Below, in pieces: positions 17,042-24,479 of a DNA stretch of 32,000 nt (position 1 is its first letter; every line of letters starts with the position of its first letter). This stretch comes from Thermosulfurimonas dismutans (GTDB taxonomy: Bacteria; Desulfobacterota; Thermodesulfobacteria; Thermodesulfobacteriales; Thermodesulfobacteriaceae): assembly GCF_001652585.1 (NCBI RefSeq), contig NZ_LWLG01000011.1, forward strand, positions 1-32,000, written 5' to 3'. The position numbers and the translations under genes were made by a program. A model generated the notes under the pieces. The model did no database searches. It was not told the origin of the DNA and saw only the letters and a program-made list of their open reading frames with translations.

Positions 17042-19186
17042 TCAAGGGTTTTCTTGAGAGAAACTGCGTCCGTAGCCTCCAAGGCCTAGGAGATTTACCC
17101 ACACCGAAAAGCGGGTTTCCTCTGGTGTCCTCCCCAGGGTGAAATCTACACTGAAACAGGAGCCACGATAGGTAAGACCAAGCTCGGCGTAACTAGTCTC
17201 GGACCGAAGAAGATTTCGGGAGACCCTTCCGTGAAAAACGAATTTCTGCCAAAGAGTCTTGTTTCCCGAAAGACTAAATTGTTTGATATTGCGAAGCTTA
17301 TCCCGTTGAAAGTTAAATGAGAAATGATCGAGTAAGAGATGGTTCACCGAAAGGCTCAATTCCTGTTTGCTCAAGCCCAGGCCATAGAAGTTATAGACCA
17401 GATCGTAGCGCAGAGTAAGCCTTGAAAGGGTGCGGATCTCAAACTCCGAAAAGAGGTTTGAAAAGGGGCGTCTCTCTTCATCGGCGGCCGTAAGTTTGCG
17501 GGCCGCCTCCCGGAAGTCGTAGCGCTGAAAAACCTTGATTCTTGCGAAGTCCCAGTATTTGAGTGTGTTAGCCTCTCGCTTTTTGGCTGTAAAAAATTGA
17601 AGGAGGCCGTATTCCAAGTAATGGGCCGGGGGCAAGCGATCCTCACTCACAAAAACCGGAAGGTCTTTCTGGTTCTCCGGTGGACGATAAAAATAGAAAA
17701 CATAAGGCCTCAGGCTGTGCCTCAGCCCCGAAAGGCCAAACTTTCGGAGGTAATAAACCCGGTAGAACTCAAGGGAACTCCGGGCTGAAATCTCATAAAG
17801 GGTACGGTAAAGGCTTTCCTCCGTACCGTTGTCCCAATCCACCCGGTAGTAGGTGTATAGCAGGCGATAAGAGAGCGCATTTTCTGTAGGCCCCAAGGGG
17901 AAATTGAGGATAACCTCCGGGGAAAGGTCGGCCCTCAAACCCCGGGAGCCCTCTTCCCGATACCAATAAGTGGTGTCCAGTCCCACATCGAAAGTAAAGG
18001 GGCCTATCAGAGGCCTGGTCACGGAGAAGACAAAGAGCCGCCCCAGGGGGAAAAGGGTCTCGGCCTGCTTCCCGGGAAGCATGTTATCGTGATAAGTACT
18101 TCCAAGCTCAAAGTAAGTGTTTGTTCGTCGGTGAGACAGCCAGAACCTAGAGGTTCGGTAGGTCTGATTCTTTTCTTCAAGTCCCCGGCCGAACCAGTCA
18201 AGATAACTCTGGTGGCTTTTAGAAAAACCCAAATCTCCGCCCTCGAATTCTTCAAGAAAGTCCCGATCGGATAGTAGATCGAGGTCCAAGTGAATATCAG
18301 TCTGCGGGGAAATTCGGTGATCCAGTTTGGCGGTCAGCCAGTAGCGAGTTCGGTTTTCCCGAATAATACCGTCATTGTTATAGTCATCGTCCTCGAGTCT
18401 ATCCCGGAGATAACGATAGCGGATGATACCCCGGTTATAGTCCGAGAGGCGATAACGGCCCTCGGTCCCGAAAAGGAGTCCCCGCCTTCCGGTATAGAAA
18501 GGATAGAGGGTAAGATCAAAGCTATCATGTAGGGCCAGGAATACTGGGACCTCAAGCCCAAAACCGGTACGTGACCCTTGAGCTAAGCGAGGAAAGAGCA
18601 CTCCGCTTTTGCGTTCTCGTTTTACCGCCAAAGTTGCGAAGGGACTGAAGACCAGCGGCAATCTTTTAACCCAGAATGAGACCATGCGGCCCCGCGCTTG
18701 ACCTTCGCTTATCTCCACTTTCCGGGCGTGAAAACTCCAAGGCGGAGACTCCTTACAGGTGAGTTCGCAAGTGGTGATCACAGCCTCATACGCCACATAC
18801 TTACGTTCACCTAGCTGCTTCATCCTCTTGGCCTTGACGTGGACTCGATCCTTTTTGATGAAAAGGTGCGCTCCGCGTATCTCACCCTCTCCGGAGCGCA
18901 AGTTAATAAAAGCCCATCTCCCCTTAATCCAGTCACCGTGAGGGGTCAGGATCTTGACCGGTCCCCAGAGATAGAGCTTCTTAGAAGCTATGTGATAACG
19001 AGCCCTATTAGCGAAAACCGTAAGGTCTTTCCCCGAGATCACAACTTGACCCTCGGCCACCATCACCTGGGAATCCTGATATACCGTAAGCCGCCGGGCC
19101 TCTATCCGCCAAGAGGCTAAAGCCCCATCAGACAGGAAAAGCAGGACCACCCAAATGAGGATCAAAGAAAATTTAAAAAATTTCAC
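17042..19186 (-). CDS. lptD: LPS-assembly outer-membrane protein LptD (OstA family)
   Basis: 714 aa. The signal peptide is MKFFKFSLILIWVVLLFLSDGALA. An OstA-like N-terminal region is followed by a long C-terminal region rich in Y, R, F and alternating residues, typical of a beta-barrel. It has a GTG start. Confidence 0.85.
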   Translation of the reverse strand: MKFFKFSLILIWVVLLFLSDGALASWRIEARRLTVYQDSQVMVAEGQVVISGKDLTVFANRARYHIASKKLYLWGPVKILTPHGDWIKGRWAFINLRSGEGEIRGAHLFIKKDRVHVKAKRMKQLGERKYVAYEAVITTCELTCKESPPWSFHARKVEISEGQARGRMVSFWVKRLPLVFSPFATLAVKRERKSGVLFPRLAQGSRTGFGLEVPVFLALHDSFDLTLYPFYTGRRGLLFGTEGRYRLSDYNRGIIRYRYLRDRLEDDDYNNDGIIRENRTRYWLTAKLDHRISPQTDIHLDLDLLSDRDFLEEFEGGDLGFSKSHQSYLDWFGRGLEEKNQTYRTSRFWLSHRRTNTYFELGSTYHDNMLPGKQAETLFPLGRLFVFSVTRPLIGPFTFDVGLDTTYWYREEGSRGLRADLSPEVILNFPLGPTENALSYRLLYTYYRVDWDNGTEESLYRTLYEISARSSLEFYRVYYLRKFGLSGLRHSLRPYVFYFYRPPENQKDLPVFVSEDRLPPAHYLEYGLLQFFTAKKREANTLKYWDFARIKVFQRYDFREAARKLTAADEERRPFSNLFSEFEIRTLSRLTLRYDLVYNFYGLGLSKQELSLSVNHLLLDHFSFNFQRDKLRNIKQFSLSGNKTLWQKFVFHGRVSRNLLRSETSYAELGLTYRGSCFSVDFTLGRTPEETRFSVWVNLLGLGGYGRSFSQENP

Positions 19187-19230
19187 ACTTTACCTTTCAC
19201 CCAGGCTCTCTAAAATGTCAACTAGAGGTC

Positions 19231-20028
19231 ATGAAACGCATAATAATTTACCAGAAAGAAGGGCTTGAGATCCCAGAAGCCCTAAAAAAGGCTCTTAGAA
19301 AAAGTTTGTTCGAAAAAGGTGTGGAAATAGTTGGGCCGGAGAACCCCGAAGGTGCGGAGGCCATAGTGGTTTTAGGAGGAGATGGGACTTTTCTCCGGGC
19401 AACTCCCCTAGCCTATCGCTTAGATCTTCCTCTGCTCGGCATCAATCTAGGAAGGCTAGGGTTTCTCACCGAAGTCTCTATCGAAGAGGCCGAGCTTGCA
19501 CTTTCAGCCCTGGTGGCCGGGAAACTCCAGATCGAAAAAAGGCTACTTCTCGAAGTGGAACACCAGAGAGAAGTCTTTTACGTCTTAAACGAGGTAGCGG
19601 TCCTCAAAGGTCCTCTAGGCCGCATGATCCATCTTTCGGTCTTTGCGCAAGGGGAATATCTCACCACTTACTACGGAGATGGTCTGATCGTGGCCACTCC
19701 CACCGGGTCAACCGCCTACAATCTTTCGGCCGGAGGCCCCATCATCCACCCCCAAACCTCGGCCGTAGTCCTGACCCCAGTTTGTCCCTTCATGCTCAGT
19801 GCCAGACCTTTGGTTCTACCTTCGGAAATGGAAATCGAGATCGAACTCGCCAGTCCCTCTCCGGAGGTCCACATCTTACTAGATGGAAACCTGAATTTGA
19901 TACTTGAGCCTCACGAACGATTCAAGATCAAAAAAGCCAAACGGTTCTTAAAACTTTTGACTTCCCCCACCCGGAGCTACTTCGAAATTTTAAGGACCAA
20001 ACTCGGGTGGGGGGAAATCAAACTCTAG
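19231..20028 (+). CDS. nadK: NAD kinase
   Basis: 265 aa. Motifs are GGDGTFLRA, NEVAV and GDGLIVATPTGSTAYNLSAGGPI. Confidence 0.95.
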   Translation: MKRIIIYQKEGLEIPEALKKALRKSLFEKGVEIVGPENPEGAEAIVVLGGDGTFLRATPLAYRLDLPLLGINLGRLGFLTEVSIEEAELALSALVAGKLQIEKRLLLEVEHQREVFYVLNEVAVLKGPLGRMIHLSVFAQGEYLTTYYGDGLIVATPTGSTAYNLSAGGPIIHPQTSAVVLTPVCPFMLSARPLVLPSEMEIEIELASPSPEVHILLDGNLNLILEPHERFKIKKAKRFLKLLTSPTRSYFEILRTKLGWGEIKL

Positions 20029-20387
20029 GCGGCCTCTTCTTTTTTGAGCTTAGCCGCAAGCTTTTCCTTTTCCCGGCGCATAGCCTCTTTGCCGGCCTCA
20101 ATGGCCTCCTCAAGTACCCGTTTTTTCTCCTCCAGGGCCTCAAGGCTCATCTCTTTGATCTCCTCGGTGGCCGTCACTAGCTTTTCTCTAGCCACTTCAG
20201 CCCTGGATTTAAGCTCCTCCGCCTTTTCTCTCAGACGCTCTTTGGTTTCCTCAGTAGTGGTCTTTATCTTCTCTCTGATTTCCTCCCCGCTTGCCGGTGC
20301 CAAGAGAAGAGCCACACTTGCACCCACCAACCCTCCAAGGAGAAAGGCGAAACCCACCGCTCCCATGGAAAATTTCTTCTCCGCCAT
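20025..20387 (-). CDS. YtxH-like membrane-anchored protein
   Basis: The ATG at 20387 is preceded by AAGGAGGTG plus 6 nt; the track's GTG start is part of that Shine-Dalgarno sequence. An N-terminal TM segment (GAVGFAFLLGGLVGASVALLLAPASGEEIR) is followed by a charged coiled coil. Confidence 0.75.
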   Translation of the reverse strand: MAEKKFSMGAVGFAFLLGGLVGASVALLLAPASGEEIREKIKTTTEETKERLREKAEELKSRAEVAREKLVTATEEIKEMSLEALEEKKRVLEEAIEAGKEAMRREKEKLAAKLKKEEAA

Positions 20388-20403
20388 ACCAATCACCTCC
20401 TTG

Positions 20404-21003
20404 TTAATTTTTCTTTCCGAAACGAAAGATCTTTGAAACCACCCTCACGCCCTCCTTGAGACCGGCCGTGGCTGCCGAAAGTTCAATCACCAAATCCCGA
20501 ACCTCGCGATTGATAGTCTCTACTGCCAAAGTAGCCGTGGAACTTACTTCTTTGACAGACTTTGAAACGCCTTTTACGGCCTCAAAGAGGTCATCCACCG
20601 CCGAAAGCCTTTCGTTCACTCCGGAGAGGATCTTTTCCGCCTCGGCCAGGGTCCTTTCGGCTTGAGAAAGCACCGCCGGCACCTCCCCAGAAAGGCGCCT
20701 CTCCAAGGTCTCGGATAGGGCATCCAAACGCTCAAGCCGGGCCTTAACCTCTTCCGAAAGATCCCGGGCGATTTCTATAAAAGAGTCCGAAAGCTCTTTC
20801 ATGGCCCCTGGTAAAACCGCTATCTCTTCGCTGAGTCTGTTCAGGTGTGCCAAGGTTTCGGAAACCGAAGAAAGGGTGCCCTCGGCCGAAGACACCAGCC
20901 TCTGGCCCTCTTCTACCAGTGACTTGACCTTCAAAAGCACAAAGATCAGGACCGTAAGGGCTACAATACCGCCCGCCACCAGCAAACCGTAAAGAGCCGC
21001 CAT
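20404..21003 (-). CDS. Membrane-anchored coiled-coil protein (DUF948-like)
   Basis: 199 aa. It has one N-terminal TM segment (LYGLLVAGGIVALTVLIFVLL) and then repetitive, E/L/S-rich helical sequence. The Shine-Dalgarno sequence is GGAGGAGG. It is paired with a YtxH-like gene, as is often seen for these stress-protein families. Confidence 0.65.
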   Translation of the reverse strand: MAALYGLLVAGGIVALTVLIFVLLKVKSLVEEGQRLVSSAEGTLSSVSETLAHLNRLSEEIAVLPGAMKELSDSFIEIARDLSEEVKARLERLDALSETLERRLSGEVPAVLSQAERTLAEAEKILSGVNERLSAVDDLFEAVKGVSKSVKEVSSTATLAVETINREVRDLVIELSAATAGLKEGVRVVSKIFRFGKKN

Positions 21004-21068
21004 CTCGTTCCTCCTCCGAAAGTTCTCGTCTATTCTCTTCTTAAAGTAAGCACCATCATCTCAATAGC

Positions 21069-21098
21069 AACCCGAACCGCTCATGAGCGGTTCGGGTT
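21069..21098. repeat. Perfect 30-bp palindrome AACCCGAACCGCTCATGAGCGGTTCGGGTT in the divergent intergenic region
   Basis: Read directly from the sequence: 13-bp GC-rich arms around a central CATG. No T-tract follows on either strand. It lies about 65 nt upstream of the DUF948-like gene start. Confidence 0.9.
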
Positions 21099-21273
21099 AA
21101 AGTTAACGACATCACCAGAGGTTCCGAAGCTTTTGGTTTTAAAGCTTCATTCATTCAACCAAACAGGTTAAAAATTTAGAATTGGGAGTGCTACCGTCCT
21201 TCTGTTGAGGACTGAGGTTTGGGAACGAAGCCCCACAAGGAGAGCTAAGAAGAATTGCACAGTTAAGAACAAG

Positions 21274-21302
21274 TTGACGGGAAAAGATTTTTATAGTAGC
21301 GA
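21274..21302 (+). promoter_or_regulatory. Candidate promoter TTGACG-17-TAGCGA followed by 7 nt and the DUF1015 ATG
   Basis: TTGACG is at 21274-21279, TAGCGA at 21297-21302 and the ATG at 21310. A better hexamer, TATAGT at 21292-21297, lies only 12 nt from the -35. No Shine-Dalgarno sequence is present. Confidence 0.3.
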
Positions 21303-21309
21303 GTTTGCC

Positions 21310-22587
21310 ATGCCGGAATTCAAACCCTTTTATGGTTGGCGTTATCATCCGGACCGGGTGGACATTTCCCGGGTAGTGGCTCCGCCCTATGATGTAGTCA
21401 ATGAAGATGAAACCCGTCGTTATTTAAGACAAGATCCTCACAACATCTTCCATCTTGAGCTTGGAGAAGAGCTCCCCGGGGATCACGAGAATGAAAACCG
21501 CTACCTGCGGGCCAAAAGGCATCTCGAAAACTGGATAAAGGAAGGCGTGCTCGTCCGGGAGGACCGTCCGGCCTTTTATCTCTATCGGCTACGTTTCACC
21601 TATCGAGGGCAAACTTTCACCCGCACAGGATTCATCGGGCTGGTACGTCTTAGTCCCTTCTCCGAGGGTCGAATTCTTCCGCATGAAAAGACCTTTTCCA
21701 AGGTAACCGAAGCCCGACTGCAACTCCTCAGGGCCACCGGAGCCCAATTCAGTCAGGTCTTCGCCCTTTATCGGGATCCAGAGAGAAAAACCCTAAAACT
21801 TTCCCTTCCTGAAGAGCCCCTCTATCGAGTAGAGGAATCGCCGGGAATCGCACACGAATTCTACGTGATCGAAGACCCGGAGGTCCAGGAAACTCTTTCC
21901 CTCCAGCTATCGGAAAAAGTCCTTTACATCGCGGACGGACACCATCGATACACTACAGCCCTTAAATATGCCGAGGAAATGGAGGCCAAATTCAAACCGG
22001 ATGGCCCTCGCTGTTTCCACTACCTCATGATGTATCTCTGTCCCTTTGAGGATCCCGGTCTCCTAGTTTTACCCACGCACCGCCTCCTTAAGATTGACAT
22101 CCCGGAAGAAACTGTAAAGAACAAGCTCAAAGACCTTGCGGAAGTCAAAGAAGAGAATCCCTCAGTCCTAGAGAACCCCGGGAGGCCCTCTAAGGGCGAG
22201 CTTCTATGGCTGGCTCCAGAAGGAGTCCTTTCGATAGGGATTCGGCCGGAGATTCTTTCGACCTGGGAGAAGGAAACCGGTCTTCCGGAAAGCGAGCTTC
22301 CTGCGGCCTGGTGCGCCCGCATCATCGAAATTCTCTGTGGAAAGTCCGAAAAGACCCTCAAGGAAGAAGGCCTCCTTCGATACACTCCCTGGCTTTCCGA
22401 AATCAAAAAAGATCTTTCGGCCGGTAATCGGGCCCTCATACTTCCTGAAACGCCGATTTCGGTCCTAGAGAAGGTAGCCACCTCCGGCAAGGTCATGCCT
22501 CACAAGTCCACTTATTTCTATCCCAAAATACTTACCGGCTTCGTCATTTTCAAAATCAATCCCGAAGCCGTCCCTCCTTGTCCGTGA
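21310..22587 (+). CDS. DUF1015 domain-containing protein
   Basis: I trimmed the start to the ATG at 21310. The N-terminus reads MPEFKPFYGWRYHPDRVDISRVVAPPYDVV, and LYIADGHHRY follows later. Both match my memory of DUF1015 conserved blocks. Confidence 0.85.
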   Translation: MPEFKPFYGWRYHPDRVDISRVVAPPYDVVNEDETRRYLRQDPHNIFHLELGEELPGDHENENRYLRAKRHLENWIKEGVLVREDRPAFYLYRLRFTYRGQTFTRTGFIGLVRLSPFSEGRILPHEKTFSKVTEARLQLLRATGAQFSQVFALYRDPERKTLKLSLPEEPLYRVEESPGIAHEFYVIEDPEVQETLSLQLSEKVLYIADGHHRYTTALKYAEEMEAKFKPDGPRCFHYLMMYLCPFEDPGLLVLPTHRLLKIDIPEETVKNKLKDLAEVKEENPSVLENPGRPSKGELLWLAPEGVLSIGIRPEILSTWEKETGLPESELPAAWCARIIEILCGKSEKTLKEEGLLRYTPWLSEIKKDLSAGNRALILPETPISVLEKVATSGKVMPHKSTYFYPKILTGFVIFKINPEAVPPCP

Positions 22588-23096
22588 AAACCGCTGAAGA
22601 CCTCTTCCAAGAAAGCTTAACCGCGACCTTAAGCCTCTTTAAAAGGATAAAGCCCAAACTCGAAAGGAACGAAGATTTTAAAGCTCTTTTAGCAGAGCTC
22701 ATGAAAGGCCTTGAGGAAAGCGAAAGGGCTTATCGAGAAACCGGAGCCTACCTCGTATGCCGAGAATGCGCTCGCCTTTCCCGCCATACTTGTTGCGGAC
22801 ACGACATGGAACTCGAAGTCAGCCGTGAACTCCTCATCGTAAACTTATTCTTAAAAGCAAACCTCCCACAAAAACGAAGTTTTCCTGAAGCCTGTTTTTT
22901 TCTAGGTCCTCAAGGATGTACTTTACTCGCCCGCCCCATCCTATGCCGAAACTTTTTCTGCCCCTGGTTCAAAGAAAGACTTCCAATCGAAAAACTTAAA
23001 TATATCCAAATAAGACAAGAAAAAGAGATTATATCCCTTTTTAAGCTCATAAACCACCTCAAAACTCTTCTTTTTAGGGTTGACCACTCTTATTAA
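22578..23096 (+). CDS. YkgJ/UPF0153-like cysteine-cluster (putative Fe-S or Zn) protein
   Basis: 172 aa with 8 Cys. CRECARLSRHTCCG is a variant of CxxCGxCC. ACFFLGPQGCTLLARPILCRNFFC matches the family's C.FL..G.C.IY..RP..CR.F pattern. The TTG (22578) or GTG (22584) start overlaps the DUF1015 stop. Confidence 0.65.
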   Translation: MSVKTAEDLFQESLTATLSLFKRIKPKLERNEDFKALLAELMKGLEESERAYRETGAYLVCRECARLSRHTCCGHDMELEVSRELLIVNLFLKANLPQKRSFPEACFFLGPQGCTLLARPILCRNFFCPWFKERLPIEKLKYIQIRQEKEIISLFKLINHLKTLLFRVDHSY

Positions 23097-23138
23097 AAAT
23101 CCTAAAATTTCAAAAGTTATTGCTGGTGGAGGTGGTTT

Positions 23139-24467
23139 ATGTACCCTATTTGGGAAGTACCATATTTTTCGTCAGCTTTAATAATCGGTTTGATCGCTTC
23201 TTTTCATATTCTGCCTTCGCATCTGGCAGTGGGAGCCTTCTGGTTTAACGTGTATATAGAACGCAAGGCCTATAGGGAAAAACAGCTAGAACTCTTAGAT
23301 TTCATCAAGCGCTATACCCTCTTGATCCTAATTTTTTGTTTCGTTTTCGGATCCCTATCTGGAGTGGGTATATGGTATTCGGCTACCGTAGCCAGCCCCC
23401 GCGGCATCTCGGCTCTCATTCACAACTATGTTTGGGGTTGGGCCACGGAATGGGTCTTTTTTCTGATCGAAGTGGCCACCATCTATGTCTATTATTACAC
23501 CTTCGGCAAAGTGGATGAGAAAACCCATCTTCGCATAGGCTACCTTTATGCTTTGGCCGCTTGGATCAGCATGATCATTATCACCGGTATCCTGGCCTTC
23601 ATGCTTACCCCAGGGAAATGGTTAGAAACCGGAAGGTTCTTTGACGGCTTCTTCAATTCTACCTACTGGCCTCAACTTTTTGCGCGCACCTTCCTCATGT
23701 TCGGGATCGCGGCCGTTTACGCCTTGGTAGTGGCAACCACGCTTCAAAACAAGGCTGTACAGTACAAGATCACCAGGTTAGCGGGCCTTTGGGGAATCCT
23801 GGGATTCCTTATAGGAGGCCTCATGACCTATTGGTATCTAAAAAAACTGCCCGAGCCCGCACAAGATTTCCTTTTTGGAGGCACCTTGCCTTATCTCAAA
23901 ACGCTACTTTACGTTTCGGGGATTAGCTGGGTCCTGGCTCTCCTTTACTTCCTCCTTTGTGGAGCCCTGTTTCCTCGAGCCAACACTCTGGCCGGAAGCC
24001 TCTTGTTGATGTTGATCCTTTTCTTCGGCATCTTTGCCGGAGAGGGCCTCCGAGAAGGCCTCCGACGGCCTTATATCGTAAACTTTTTTATGTATAGCCA
24101 TCAGGTAGTGGCCGCAGACCTTCCGGCCAAAGGCATACAGGCCGAAACGGAGCTCCTTTCCGAGGCAGGTTATCTTTCTAGGTTAGGATATCTTCCTCCT
24201 GAATTAAGAAAAATCACTCCTGAAAATCAGGTAGAAATAGGACGGATTCTAGTAATACACCAGTGTGCCAACTGCCACGCTCTCAGTGCCAAAGGTCTGC
24301 GTAGCCTACCGAAACTCCTCTCTGGAATGGGTATGACAGATCCTGAAGATTTAGCAGGCTTCCTGGAAGGACTCGATGGTTATCCCTATATGCCGCCATT
24401 TGTGGGTACGGAAGAGGAGCGGTTGGCGGCTGGGGCCTATCTTTCCACTTTGGTGGAAAATAAGTAA
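23139..24467 (+). CDS. Cytochrome bd subunit-I-like membrane protein (about 8 TM) fused to a C-terminal class I mono-haem cytochrome c domain
   Basis: The Shine-Dalgarno sequence is GGAGGTGG. TM1 (LIASFHILPSHLAVG) resembles the CydA motif MYHFLFVPLTLG. TM3 (ATEWVFFLIEVAT) resembles the CydA motif IEGLMAFFLEST. The haem c site CANCH is at nt 24264-24278, with a downstream PYMPPF as a likely Met ligand. Confidence 0.8.
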   Translation: MYPIWEVPYFSSALIIGLIASFHILPSHLAVGAFWFNVYIERKAYREKQLELLDFIKRYTLLILIFCFVFGSLSGVGIWYSATVASPRGISALIHNYVWGWATEWVFFLIEVATIYVYYYTFGKVDEKTHLRIGYLYALAAWISMIIITGILAFMLTPGKWLETGRFFDGFFNSTYWPQLFARTFLMFGIAAVYALVVATTLQNKAVQYKITRLAGLWGILGFLIGGLMTYWYLKKLPEPAQDFLFGGTLPYLKTLLYVSGISWVLALLYFLLCGALFPRANTLAGSLLLMLILFFGIFAGEGLREGLRRPYIVNFFMYSHQVVAADLPAKGIQAETELLSEAGYLSRLGYLPPELRKITPENQVEIGRILVIHQCANCHALSAKGLRSLPKLLSGMGMTDPEDLAGFLEGLDGYPYMPPFVGTEEERLAAGAYLSTLVENK

Positions 24468-24479
24468 AGGAGGAAGTCT

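Noticed and set aside
17002-17082. N-terminal extensions of track ORFs: nadE to 17082, cobO to 15454, DUF1015 from 21205, the BON protein to 2882, the hypothetical gene from 2764, and the ytxH-like gene to 20396.
   Set aside because: The extensions overlap neighbouring genes or promoters and lack family-like sequence. Internal starts with better Shine-Dalgarno or promoter geometry coincide with the conserved N-termini.
21081-21098. Mini-ORF ATGAGCGGTTCGGGTTAA (MSGSG), readable on both strands of the 30-bp palindrome, and a 32-aa minus-strand ORF starting at ATGAATGAAGC.
   Set aside because: The symmetric mini-ORF is a by-product of the palindrome containing CATG. Neither ORF has a Shine-Dalgarno sequence or promoter-then-ATG geometry.
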